The notes: a model not told the origin generated them from the letters alone. Shown: positions 18,292-28,648, counted from the first letter of the stretch. The stretch: 32,000 nucleotides of DNA from Mycolicibacterium smegmatis (GCF_001457595.1 NZ_LN831039.1:5760001-5792000); one strand, 5' to 3'. Numbers and translations: made by a program.

Positions 18292-19425
18292 ATGGCAGCC
18301 GTACCGGACGACTTCATCGCCGGGTTGGAAGGCGTCGTCGCCTTCACCACCGAGATCGCCGAACCCGACAAGGACGGTGGTGCCCTGCGCTACCGCGGCG
18401 TCGACATCGAGGAACTCGTCGACAAGAAGGTGACCTTCGCCGACGTGTGGGGTCTGCTGGTCGACGGCAGATTCGGCAACGGGCTACCGCCCGCCGAACC
18501 TTTCCCACTCCCCATCCACAGCGGCGACGTGCGCGTCGACGTGCAGGCCGGCCTCGCGATGCTCGCCCCGATCTGGGGTTATGCACCGATGCTCGACATC
18601 GACGACGAGACCGCCCGCGAGCATCTGGCCCGTGCGTCGGTGATGGCGCTGTCCTACGTCGCGCAGTCCGCGCGCGGCATCTATCAGCCCGCGGTGCCGC
18701 AACGCACGATCGACGAATGCCCCACCGTCACAGCACGGTTCATGACGCGCTGGCAGGGTGAGCCCGATCCCCGCCACGTCGAGGCCATCGACGCCTACTG
18801 GGTGACCGCGGCCGAGCACGGCATGAACGCCTCGACGTTCACCGCGCGCGTCATCGCCTCGACCGGCGCCGACGCGGCCGCGGCACTTTCGGGTGCGGTG
18901 GGCGCCATGAGCGGTCCGCTGCACGGCGGCGCGCCCGCGCGGGTGCTGCCGATGATCGAGGAGGTCGAGAACACCGGCGACGCCCGCGCGGTGGTCAAGG
19001 GCATCCTGGACCGCGGCGACAAGCTCATGGGTTTCGGGCACCGCGTGTACCGCGCCGAGGATCCCCGGGCCCGTGTGCTGCGGGCGACCGCTCAGCGCCT
19101 GGGCGCCCCGCGCTTCGAGGTCGCCTCGGCACTCGAGCAGGCCGCGCTCGCTGAGCTGCGCGAGCGCCGACCCGACCGCGCCATCGAGACCAACGTCGAG
19201 TTCTGGGCCGCGGTGATCCTGGACTTCGCGCAGGTGCCCGCCTCGATGATGCCCGCGATGTTCACGTGCGGGCGCACCGCGGGCTGGTGCGCGCACATCC
19301 TGGAGCAGAAACGCCTGGGCAAGCTCGTGCGCCCGTCGGCGATCTACGTGGGCCCCGAACCGCGCAGCGCCGAAGCGGTCGAGGGCTGGGAGAAGATCGC
19401 GGCAGCGGGATCGGGAGCGGCGTGA
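18292..19425 (+). CDS. citA: Citrate synthase 2 (CitA-like)
   Basis: [75 protein letters not shown]. Confidence 0.93.
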   Translation: MAAVPDDFIAGLEGVVAFTTEIAEPDKDGGALRYRGVDIEELVDKKVTFADVWGLLVDGRFGNGLPPAEPFPLPIHSGDVRVDVQAGLAMLAPIWGYAPMLDIDDETAREHLARASVMALSYVAQSARGIYQPAVPQRTIDECPTVTARFMTRWQGEPDPRHVEAIDAYWVTAAEHGMNASTFTARVIASTGADAAAALSGAVGAMSGPLHGGAPARVLPMIEEVENTGDARAVVKGILDRGDKLMGFGHRVYRAEDPRARVLRATAQRLGAPRFEVASALEQAALAELRERRPDRAIETNVEFWAAVILDFAQVPASMMPAMFTCGRTAGWCAHILEQKRLGKLVRPSAIYVGPEPRSAEAVEGWEKIAAAGSGAA

Positions 19426-20024
19426 CGATCGAGGTCTTCGCTTCGGCGGCAACGGCTTTCGCCCGGCTGGTGCGTGCATTGCCGACGTTCGAAGGCCCAG
19501 GCCTCGGCGACTGGGACCTGCGTGCACTGGTGGGGCACGCATCGCGCTCGCTGGTCACCGTCAGCGCGTATCTGCAGAATCCCGCCGAGAACGCCGACCT
19601 CGCCGACGCCGTCGAGTACTACGCCGCGGTGCGCGAACACCTGGCCGGCGCCGACGCGGCCGGTGTCACCGAGCGCGGCGTGCAGGCCGGGCGCGCCCTC
19701 GGCGACGATCCCGCCGCCGAGGTGGACCGCCTTGTCGCACAGGCACTGTCCGACCTCGAAGGTGTGGGCGACCCGATCATCAAGGTCTTCGGCGGGTACG
19801 GCATCCGGCTGGGCGACTACCTGGACACCCGGGTCTTCGAAGTCGTCGTGCACAGCCTCGACATCTCCCGCGCCACCGGGGTGCCGGCCGATCTGCCGCA
19901 GGACGCGCTGCGGAGCGCGACCGTGCTGGCCGCGTCGACCGCGGTGCACTTCGGCGACGGTGAGACGGTGCTGCTGGCGCTGACCGGTCGTGCGCCGCTG
20001 CCCGGCGGGTTCTCGGTGGTCTGA
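19422..20024 (+). CDS. Maleylpyruvate isomerase N-terminal / DinB-like domain protein
   Basis: GPGLGDWDLRALVGHASRSLVTVSAYL...GIRLGDYLDTRVFEVVVHSLDISRATGVP; GTG start overlaps the citA stop. Confidence 0.78.
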   Translation: MTIEVFASAATAFARLVRALPTFEGPGLGDWDLRALVGHASRSLVTVSAYLQNPAENADLADAVEYYAAVREHLAGADAAGVTERGVQAGRALGDDPAAEVDRLVAQALSDLEGVGDPIIKVFGGYGIRLGDYLDTRVFEVVVHSLDISRATGVPADLPQDALRSATVLAASTAVHFGDGETVLLALTGRAPLPGGFSVV

Positions 20025-20025
20025 A

Positions 20026-20412
20026 CTAGTCCTGCTGCGCGATCTGGATCAGGTTGCCGCACGTGTCGTCGAACACCGCGGTGGTGACCGGGCCCATCTC
20101 GACGGGTTCCTGCGTGAACCGCACGCCCAAGCCGGCCAGGCGCCGATACTCGGCCTCGACGTCGTCGACCGCGAACGAGGTGAACGGGATCCCGTCGGCG
20201 ACCAGCGCGTCCTTGAACGGCTTGGCCGCGGGATGCCCGCTGGGTTCGAGCAGCAGTTCCGTGCCGTCGGGGTCCTGCGGGGACACCACGGTGATCCACC
20301 GATCGACGCCCACCGGAACATCGTGTTTGAGAACGAAACCCAACACGTCGGTGTAGAAGCGGAGGCCCTTCTCCTGGTCGTCCACGAACACGCTCGTCAG
20401 ATTGATCCTCAT
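20026..20412 (-). CDS. VOC-family (glyoxalase/bleomycin resistance-like) protein
   Basis: MRINLTSVFVDDQEKGLRFYTDVLGFVLKHDVPVGVDRWITVVSPQDPDGTELLLEP...PVEMGPVTTAVFDDTCGNLIQI; start CAT 20410-20412. Confidence 0.9.
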   Translation of the reverse strand: MRINLTSVFVDDQEKGLRFYTDVLGFVLKHDVPVGVDRWITVVSPQDPDGTELLLEPSGHPAAKPFKDALVADGIPFTSFAVDDVEAEYRRLAGLGVRFTQEPVEMGPVTTAVFDDTCGNLIQIAQQD

Positions 20413-20551
20413 TCGTCCCTCCCTGGTTTTCTCCCCATGCCAATCTGCCACGGATGTCGGTGCCCGGTGGTTGGGTGGCGCTCGGCGATGAGATTCACCG
20501 CTGGGTCCGGTCTGTATTCAGACCCCTCGCCGACAAATATTGGAGGCATCC

Positions 20552-21007
20552 ATGGCAATCGAGATCACCCCGGCCGTCATCCCCCATCTCTGCGTCGACA
20601 ACGCAGCCGCAGCGATCGACTTCTACGTCAAGGCTTTCGACGCCACCGAACTGGGCCGCGCGCCGGGTCCCGACGGCAGGATCATGCACGCCGCGCTCTC
20701 GATCAACGGCTCGACGGTGATGCTCAACGACGACTTCCCTGAGTTCGACAACGGCAGGTCGCAGACCCCGAAGGCGTTCGGCGGCACACCCGTGACAATC
20801 CACCTGACGGTCACCGATGTCGACGCCAAGTTCGCCAAGGCCGTCGAGGCCGGCGCCGAGGTGGTCATGGAACTCGCCGACCAGTTCTGGGGCGACCGCT
20901 ACGGCATGCTGCGCGACCCGTTCGGTCACCAGTGGTCGATGGGCCAGCCGGTCCGCGAGGTCAGCCCCGAGGAGATCGCCGAGGCCATGAAGAGCATGCC
21001 GGGCTGA
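20552..21007 (+). CDS. VOC-family PhnB-like protein
   Basis: ITPAVIPHLCVDNAAAAIDFYVKAFDATELGRAPGPDGRIMHAALSINGSTVMLNDDFPE...FWGDRYGMLRDPFGHQWSM. Confidence 0.9.
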   Translation: MAIEITPAVIPHLCVDNAAAAIDFYVKAFDATELGRAPGPDGRIMHAALSINGSTVMLNDDFPEFDNGRSQTPKAFGGTPVTIHLTVTDVDAKFAKAVEAGAEVVMELADQFWGDRYGMLRDPFGHQWSMGQPVREVSPEEIAEAMKSMPG

Positions 21008-21010
21008 GAC

Positions 21011-22684
21011 TCAGCCCAACAGGCTCGCCGTGAGCCGTTGGCGCACAGAAGGTTTCGGTGCCGTCACGGCCACGGCGAGCATCTCCGGCACGGTGGTGAA
21101 CTTGTCACGCGGGCGGTCATCGCCACCGCGGGCGATCTCCGCGGCGTCGATCGCACGCCACCCGGCGGCGTCGACGACGTCGGGCTGCCGCGCCCGCACG
21201 AGCTTGTCCAGCGCGGACGGTTTGCGCGGCGGGTCGGTGAGCGCGCCTGCGTTGTAGTCGTCGACCAGGTGGTGCACGGTCTGGGCCGCGCACGACTTGT
21301 TGGTGCCGATGAACCCGGTGGGTCCGCGCTTGATCCAGCCTGCGACGTACGCGCCGGGCACGGGCGCACCGGTGGCCGGGTCGATCACTCGGCCGCCGTC
21401 GTTGGGCACCACCGAGGCATCCTCGTCGAACGGCAGATCCGCGATGGCCTTGCCGCGGTAGCCGATCGACGTCAGCAGCAGGCCGGCGTCGAGCGTGCGC
21501 ACCTCGTCGGTGCCGGTGACACCGAATTCGACTGCGGTGACCTGGTTCTCGCCGAGTACCCGCCGCGGCGTGAGCTGGTAGGCGAACCGGATGCGCGGGC
21601 GCGTGATCGGCGCCGACGCGTCGCCCAGCTTGGCGAGGATCTCCAGCTTGTTGCGGGTCAGCGGGTCGGTCTCCTGCGCCAGGTCACGCAGCACCAGGTC
21701 GTGGTCGGCCGAGTCGAGCACCACATCGCACGTCGAGGTCAGGCCGATCAACTCGGGCAGCGTGAACGCCGAGGCCGCGGGGCCGCGGCGGGCGGCGATC
21801 ACGACCTCCTGCACGGCCGAGGACCGCAGGGCCGCCAGCGCGTGATCGGAGATGTCGGTGCGGGCCAGGGCATCCGGATCGCTGGTGAGCACGCGCGCGA
21901 CGTCGAGTGCGACGTTGCCGTTGCCCACGATCACGACGCGCTCGTGGTCCAGGCGCACGGGCAGATCGGTGTGGTCGGGGTGCCCGTTGATCCAGGCCAC
22001 GACCTCGGTGGCGGTCGCGGTTCCCGGCAGGTCCATGCCCTCGATGTCCAGGCGCCGGTCGTTGGGCGCGCCGACGGCGTAGACCACGGCGTGGTGGTGG
22101 CCGAGCAGATCGGCATGTGTGAGGTGCTTGCCGACCTCGACGTTGAGGTAGAACGTGAAGCCCCGCTGCGCCGCCATGCGGTCGAACAACTCGGTGACGC
22201 GCTTCGTGCTCTGATGGTCGGGCGCCACGCCCGCGCGCACCAGGCCGTACGGCGTCGGCAACTTCTCGAACACGTTGACCCGCACGCCACGCTGCGTGAG
22301 CAGTTCGTCGGCCGCGTACATCGCGGCAGGCCCGGACCCCACGATCGCGACCGTCAGCGGACCATCGCGCGTGATCTTGGGCGCCTCGATGACCGGCGCG
22401 AGCTTGGACGTCGGTGGCAGCTTGCCCTCGCGCTTCGGATAGAAGGCCGCGTTGATCTCGACGAACGGCAGCTGCCTGGGTTCCAGCCGGGTGTCGGGCG
22501 CGATGGCGCCGACGGGGCAGGCGCTGACGCACGCACCGCAGTCGACGCACGCATCGGGATCGATGTAGAGCATCTCGGCGGTGGCGAAGCCCGGCTCATC
22601 CGGTGAGGGATGGATGCAGTTCACCGGGCATGCGTAGACACAGGACCCGTCGCTGCAACACGACTGGGTGATGACGTGGGGCAT
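21011..22684 (-). CDS. fprB: Ferredoxin fused to NADP-ferredoxin (adrenodoxin-type) reductase, FprB
   Basis: N-terminal CCSDGSCVYACPVNCIHPSP...CVDCGACVSACPVGAIAPDT ferredoxin, then VAIVGSGPAAMYAADELL and VVIVGNGNVALDVARVL nucleotide-binding motifs. Confidence 0.94.
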   Translation of the reverse strand: MPHVITQSCCSDGSCVYACPVNCIHPSPDEPGFATAEMLYIDPDACVDCGACVSACPVGAIAPDTRLEPRQLPFVEINAAFYPKREGKLPPTSKLAPVIEAPKITRDGPLTVAIVGSGPAAMYAADELLTQRGVRVNVFEKLPTPYGLVRAGVAPDHQSTKRVTELFDRMAAQRGFTFYLNVEVGKHLTHADLLGHHHAVVYAVGAPNDRRLDIEGMDLPGTATATEVVAWINGHPDHTDLPVRLDHERVVIVGNGNVALDVARVLTSDPDALARTDISDHALAALRSSAVQEVVIAARRGPAASAFTLPELIGLTSTCDVVLDSADHDLVLRDLAQETDPLTRNKLEILAKLGDASAPITRPRIRFAYQLTPRRVLGENQVTAVEFGVTGTDEVRTLDAGLLLTSIGYRGKAIADLPFDEDASVVPNDGGRVIDPATGAPVPGAYVAGWIKRGPTGFIGTNKSCAAQTVHHLVDDYNAGALTDPPRKPSALDKLVRARQPDVVDAAGWRAIDAAEIARGGDDRPRDKFTTVPEMLAVAVTAPKPSVRQRLTASLLG

Positions 22685-22696
22685 GAGTCTCCCGAG

Positions 22697-23713
22697 CTAG
22701 GCCGCGCTGACCAGGTGCTCGCGCTGCGGCTCGCTGCGGTAACGGCTGGGCGGCCCGTCGATCTTGCAGATCTTCCACACGAGCTTGGCCACCGGGTTCA
22801 TCAGACCCGTGTCGTAGCACAGCATCCGGACATCGGAAAACATGTCGCGCAACATCTTTCGCGACTCCGGCGCGCGGAAGAACACTTCCTTGCGCACCGA
22901 GCGCGGGATGTCGAACTCTTTCCAGAACGGACGCGGCGGCACCAGGATCGCCGAGCACAAGATGCGCATCACCAGCGGGACGTACAGCGACAGCATGAAC
23001 CGCTGGCGCCGGCGCAGGCGCGGAACGCGCTTGTGCAGGTACTGGTGCGCGAACGAGATGTGGCGCGCCTCCTCGGCGACGTGGATCGCCATGACCCGCT
23101 CCATGATCGGGTGCAGCTTGCGGCCCTCGCGCAGCACGCTCTTCTGCGTGTGGTCGATGGGCTCCTCGCCAGCGAGCACGCCGAAGAAGAACGGGATGGG
23201 CGTCGGGCCCGCGGCCAGCGGGATGACGGGCTGCAGCCAGCGCAGCAGGCGCGGCATGCCGGGCACGTCCTTGCCGATGCGGTTCACCATCTCCTGGAAC
23301 ATCAGGGTGTGGTTGCACTCCTCGACCGCCTCGTGCAGGCAGTACCGGTATTCCGGTGAGCCGTTGGGCACCCAGAACGAGTACTCCATGAGCCCGCGGA
23401 TGAGGATGTTCTCGAAGTGCAGGCCGACCTTGGCGACGTTGGCCTGACGCCACATGCCGATCTCGATCTGCCGCTCCAGCGACTGCGCCCGGTACCACGG
23501 GTGGCGGCCCAGCGGGTCGGTGTCGGTGAGCACCCAGCGGGTGTCATTCGGGATCACGGCAAACTCCGGCGAATCCCAGTTGATGTCCTGGTACGGGTTG
23601 AAGTTGCGCCGCACCGACCCCTCGGACAGTGTGGTGAGCATGTCCACGTACTGGGTGTCGTCACTGACATCCATGTTGCGACGCCAGCGCCTGATCATCT
23701 TGGTCCGAGCCAT
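22697..23713 (-). CDS. AurF-like diiron oxygenase family protein
   Basis: EAVEECNHTLMFQEM and HVAEEARHISFAHQYL diiron-ligand motifs; real start taken as ATG (CAT 23711-23713), MARTKMIRRWRRNM. Confidence 0.85.
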   Translation of the reverse strand: MARTKMIRRWRRNMDVSDDTQYVDMLTTLSEGSVRRNFNPYQDINWDSPEFAVIPNDTRWVLTDTDPLGRHPWYRAQSLERQIEIGMWRQANVAKVGLHFENILIRGLMEYSFWVPNGSPEYRYCLHEAVEECNHTLMFQEMVNRIGKDVPGMPRLLRWLQPVIPLAAGPTPIPFFFGVLAGEEPIDHTQKSVLREGRKLHPIMERVMAIHVAEEARHISFAHQYLHKRVPRLRRRQRFMLSLYVPLVMRILCSAILVPPRPFWKEFDIPRSVRKEVFFRAPESRKMLRDMFSDVRMLCYDTGLMNPVAKLVWKICKIDGPPSRYRSEPQREHLVSAA

Positions 23714-23758
23714 GTTGCAGACCTCTCCCTCTCGTCTGAGGTTTACATCTACCCAGGT

Positions 23759-23775
23759 GTTGTACAACGGTACCG
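23759..23775. promoter_or_regulatory. Adjacent perfect palindromes in the aurF-like/map divergent region
   Basis: gttgtacaac (23759-23768) and cggtaccg (23768-23775), both self-complementary, sharing one base. Confidence 0.35.
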
Positions 23776-23833
23776 CAGGTATCGAGTAAATGTCCATGCC
23801 CGATTTGGAAAGTTTGCCGAGAGGTCCGTTGCC

Positions 23834-24598
23834 GTGGTCGATATGAAGACGAAATCCGACATAGACGCCATGTCCGCGGCCGGAGCCGTCGTCGAAGAAG
23901 CATTGCGAGAGGTGGTCGCGAACGCCGATGTAGGGCGTACGACAGCCGATCTGGACCACGTCGCGGCCCAAGTTCTCGCCGACCACGGCGCCACCTCGCC
24001 GTTCCTCGACTACCACCCCCGCTGGGCGCCCAGCCCCTTCCCGGCGGTGCTGTGCGTGAGCGTCAACGACGCCGTCGTGCACGGCATCCCCGGGCCGCAG
24101 GTGCTCGCAGACGGCGACCTGGTGTCGGTGGACTTCGGAGCAATCTTGAACGGGTGGTGCGGCGACGCCGCGCGCAGCTTCGTCGTCGGCACCCCGCGAC
24201 CAGCCGACCTCGCGCTCATCGAGGCCACCGACGCGGCCCTGGCCGCGGGCATCGAGGCCGCACGCCCGGGCAACACGCTGGGCGACATCGGCCACGCGAT
24301 CTCGGCGACGGTGCGCGACGCGGGCTACGCGCTGCTGGCCGACCACGGCGGCCACGGCATCGGCCACACCATGCACGAGGCGCCGCACGTGCCCAACGTG
24401 GGACGACGCGGCGAGGGCATGAAGCTGCGGCCCGGGCTGGTGATCGCGATCGAGCCCATGCTGATCGCCGACGGCACCGAGGACTATGTGCACGACCCCG
24501 ACGGCTGGACGCTGCGCACCGCGACCGGTGCCCGCGCCGCGCACAGTGAACACACCGTCGCGATCACCGACGACGGCCCGCGCATCCTCACTCTCTGA
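23834..24598 (+). CDS. map: Type I methionine aminopeptidase
   Basis: MKTKSDIDAMSAAGAVVEEAL, SVNDAVVHGIPGPQVL, LVSVDFGAILNGWCGDAARSF, GHGIGHTMHEAPHVPN, IEPM, SEHTVAI metal-ligand motifs. Start GTG 23834 or ATG 23843. Confidence 0.93.
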   Translation: MVDMKTKSDIDAMSAAGAVVEEALREVVANADVGRTTADLDHVAAQVLADHGATSPFLDYHPRWAPSPFPAVLCVSVNDAVVHGIPGPQVLADGDLVSVDFGAILNGWCGDAARSFVVGTPRPADLALIEATDAALAAGIEAARPGNTLGDIGHAISATVRDAGYALLADHGGHGIGHTMHEAPHVPNVGRRGEGMKLRPGLVIAIEPMLIADGTEDYVHDPDGWTLRTATGARAAHSEHTVAITDDGPRILTL

Positions 24599-25804
<1,206 letters not shown>

Positions 25805-25895
25805 CCGCTGTCAGCACTGAACCAACCGCCGGACGCCCCGCGTGTCAGCGCGGTTACGAGTCGATAACGCAGTAGGGTGCGCCCAGGAGGTCGGT

Positions 25896-26726
25896 ATGCG
25901 AGAACTCAGGGTCGTCGGACTGGATGTAGACGGCAAACGCATCATCTGCGAGACCGCCGACTCCGCGGAAATGTTCACTCTGCGTGTGGACGACCGGTTG
26001 CGGGCCGCGCTGCGCGGCGACAAGGTCGCCTCGAACCAGACTGAGATCGATCTAGAGGTTCAAAGCGTGCTGCGTCCCAAGGAAATTCAGGCAAAGATCC
26101 GCGCCGGCGCATCGGTCGAGCAGTTGGCCGCCGCGGCCGGGGTGCCCGTCGAGCGGGTCGAGCGGTTCGCCCACCCGGTGCTGCTGGAGCGCGCGCGTGC
26201 CGCCGAGCTGGCAACCGCGGCGCATCCCGTGCTGGCCGACGGGCCCTCGGTGCTGACGCTGCTGGAGACCGTGACCAAGGCACTGGTGGCGCGCGGGCTC
26301 GATCCTGACGCGGTCGCATGGGACGCCTGGCGCAACGAGGACAGCCGCTGGACCGTCCAGCTGGCCTGGAAGGCCGGCCGCTCGGACAACGTCGCCCACT
26401 TCCGGTTCACCCCCGGCTCACACGGCGGGCTCGTCACGGCGTCCGACGACGCCGCGCACCAGCTGATCAACCCGGACTTCGCGCGCCCGCTGCGGCCCGT
26501 GGCCGCCGTGCCCCAGCTGGAGTTCGAGGCGCCCCAGCCGGCGCAACCGGCCGCGCCGCCACAGCCCGCGCAAGCGGTGCCGACACCGGAACCCGCCCCC
26601 GCACCCGAGCAGGAACCCGAGCCCGCACCTGCCCCCGCCCCCAAGCGCAGCCGCAAGGCCAGGGCCACCGTGCCCGCATGGGAGGACGTGCTGCTGGGCG
26701 TGCGCTCGTCGGGTACGCAGCGCTGA
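25896..26726 (+). CDS. sepH: Septation protein SepH (DUF3071)
   Basis: MRELRVVGLDVDGKRIICETADSAEMFTLRVDDRLRAALRGD...LRPKEIQAKIRAGASVEQLAAAAGVPVERVERFAHPVLLERARAAELA; Pro/Ala/Glu-rich C-terminal linker. Confidence 0.9.
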   Translation: MRELRVVGLDVDGKRIICETADSAEMFTLRVDDRLRAALRGDKVASNQTEIDLEVQSVLRPKEIQAKIRAGASVEQLAAAAGVPVERVERFAHPVLLERARAAELATAAHPVLADGPSVLTLLETVTKALVARGLDPDAVAWDAWRNEDSRWTVQLAWKAGRSDNVAHFRFTPGSHGGLVTASDDAAHQLINPDFARPLRPVAAVPQLEFEAPQPAQPAAPPQPAQAVPTPEPAPAPEQEPEPAPAPAPKRSRKARATVPAWEDVLLGVRSSGTQR

Positions 26727-26739
26727 ACCGATAGCGGGA

Positions 26740-27015
26740 TCAGGCGCCGCTGAGCGCGACCGCGAGCAGCGCGATCCAGCCACCGACGACGCCGACGGCG
26801 GACCCGAGCACGAACCAGCGCCACACCGGGCGGTTCCGCCATCCCCACACCGTGGGCGCCAGACCGCCGACCGCGACCATGTTGAGCCCGATCGCGAGCA
26901 GCGGATGCACCCGGATCAGGCCCACGCCGAGCACCACGATCGCCGCGGCCAGCAGCACGGCGACGAACCCGGCCACCGTCAGGCCGGTCCCCCACGGCGT
27001 CGAATCGTCGGTCAC
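26740..27015 (-). CDS. DUF2537 small membrane protein
   Basis: MTDDSTPWGTGLTVAGFVAVLLAAAIVVLGVGLIRVHPLLAIGLNMVAVGGLAPTVWGWRNRPVWRWFVLGSAVGVVGGW. Confidence 0.82.
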   Translation of the reverse strand: MTDDSTPWGTGLTVAGFVAVLLAAAIVVLGVGLIRVHPLLAIGLNMVAVGGLAPTVWGWRNRPVWRWFVLGSAVGVVGGWIALLAVALSGA

Positions 27016-27035
27016 GCTGCCAACTTAGCGCCTCG

Positions 27036-27869
27036 TCAGTGCGACAGCCGGGCCCGCTCGTAGAACGCGAGCGCCGCGGCGGTCGCGACGTTGAGCGAAT
27101 CGGTGCCGCGCGACATCGGGATGCGCACGCGCACGTCGCTCGCGCGCATGGTGCGTTCGGTCAGGCCAGGGCCCTCTGCACCCACCAGGATCGCCACCCG
27201 GTCGCCTTCGAGTTGCACCATCGCGTCCGACAACGTCGCAGCGGACGGGTCCGGTGTCATCGCGAGCAGACGGAACCCCTTGTCGCGCAACAACTCCAGA
27301 TCAGTCGGCCACGACGACGCGCGCGCGAACGGCACCAGCAGTGCGTGGCCCATCGACACCCGCACGGCGCGCCGGTACAGCGGATCGGCACAGCCCGCGC
27401 CGAAGATCACGGCGTCGACCGCGAGCCCGGCGGCGTTGCGGAAGATCGAACCGAGGTTCTCGTGGTCGTTGACCCCTTCGAGCACCGCGATGGTGCGCGC
27501 GTCGGCGATCACGTCGTCGACCGTGAGTTCAGCTGCGCGCGGCGCCGAGGCCAGCACGCCGCGGTTGAGGTGGAACCCGATCGCCTCGGCCATCACCTCC
27601 GCGCTCGCGCGGTAGAACGGCACATCGGCGTACTGCGGGTATCGCTGCAGGTCGGCGGAGAGTTCGCCCAGTCTGCGGTCGGTGCCCAGCAGGGCGCGCG
27701 GGACGAAACGCGAGGCCAGCATGCGCTGTACCACCAGAACACCCTCGGCGATCACCAGAGCTTTCCCGGTGGGCAGATCCGGTCTGCGGTCGACGCTGTT
27801 GAGATCGCGGAAGTCGTCGATGCGGGGATCGGCAGGATCGTCGATGTCGATTACTTGCAGCGGGCTCAC
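27036..27869 (-). CDS. SpoU/TrmH-family RNA 2'-O-methyltransferase
   Basis: [53 protein letters not shown]...[17 protein letters not shown]...[29 protein letters not shown] motifs. Confidence 0.93.
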   Translation of the reverse strand: MSPLQVIDIDDPADPRIDDFRDLNSVDRRPDLPTGKALVIAEGVLVVQRMLASRFVPRALLGTDRRLGELSADLQRYPQYADVPFYRASAEVMAEAIGFHLNRGVLASAPRAAELTVDDVIADARTIAVLEGVNDHENLGSIFRNAAGLAVDAVIFGAGCADPLYRRAVRVSMGHALLVPFARASSWPTDLELLRDKGFRLLAMTPDPSAATLSDAMVQLEGDRVAILVGAEGPGLTERTMRASDVRVRIPMSRGTDSLNVATAAALAFYERARLSH

Positions 27870-28297
27870 ACTTTCTCGTCGACCATGGCCGACATCAGAT
27901 CGGCCGCGGCGATCAGCGTCTGGCGCTGATCGGCATCAAGTTTGCCCAATTGTGTCAGCAGCCATTCCTGGCTCGCACGCTGCTCCGCCTCGACAAGTTC
28001 CACCCCTTCGGCCGACGCCGACACCATGACCTGCCTGCCGTCGGCGGGATGCGCCGTGCGCACCACGAGCCCCTGTTCGGCCAGTGACGTCAGCACACGT
28101 GTCATCGACGGCGGGCGGACCCGTTCGCGTACCGCCAGCGCGCCAGGTGTCATGGAGCCCTCCTTCGCCAGCGTCGACAGCGCCGACAACTGCGTGAGGG
28201 TCACCTTGGAATCCGAACGCTGCGAGCGCAATTGGCGGGCAAATCGAATAACGGCCAGGGCCAGGTCGCTTGCCACGCGCGCGTCCAGATGTTTCAC
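27866..28297 (-). CDS. MarR-family transcriptional regulator
   Basis: GTG start: [95 protein letters not shown]; GTGA overlap with downstream methyltransferase. Confidence 0.92.
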   Translation of the reverse strand: MKHLDARVASDLALAVIRFARQLRSQRSDSKVTLTQLSALSTLAKEGSMTPGALAVRERVRPPSMTRVLTSLAEQGLVVRTAHPADGRQVMVSASAEGVELVEAEQRASQEWLLTQLGKLDADQRQTLIAAADLMSAMVDEKV

Positions 28298-28378
28298 AAC
28301 GCAAATACTACTTAGCTGTGGGCCCGCAGGCCCAAATCCAGGGCGGATGTCAGCGGGTCCGTCGGCTACGTTGGGGCG

Positions 28379-28648
28379 GTGACCGGTGCGCCAGAACCGA
28401 ACCCAGACCGCACACCCGTGCCTCCGCAACTGCCCCGTGCGCTGCTCGACCCGCGCCCGGTGATCATCGCGATCGCGCTCGGGTGGCTCGTCGCGACGAT
28501 CGCGGCATTCACGTTGCCGGATCTGCACGCCTGGCGGCCCTACACCGTGGCCGGCCTGGGCGTGGGAGTGCTTGGCACATCGATCTTCCTGTGGCAACGT
28601 CGTGCGGTGCGCCGCGGATCACGCGGTGCCCAAAGCGGATTGACCTGA
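28379..28648 (+). CDS. DUF2530 small membrane protein
   Basis: [70 protein letters not shown]; GTG start. Confidence 0.85.
   Translation: MTGAPEPNPDRTPVPPQLPRALLDPRPVIIAIALGWLVATIAAFTLPDLHAWRPYTVAGLGVGVLGTSIFLWQRRAVRRGSRGAQSGLT

Noticed and set aside
20454-20720. Possible small ORF MSVPGGWVALGDEIHRWVRSVFRPLADKYWRHPW... between the VOC genes
   Set aside because: Mostly overlaps the plus-strand VOC gene out of frame and becomes low-complexity; only about 33 codons lie in the intergenic region and nothing recognisable supports translation.
23417-23833. Open frame upstream of map (23417-23833)
   Set aside because: Antisense to the aurF-like gene and through its promoter; map homology begins at about 23834.
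25835-25850. ccgcg-tgtcag-cgcgg mini-hairpin between serC and sepH
   Set aside because: Very short stem and no supporting context; could be chance.
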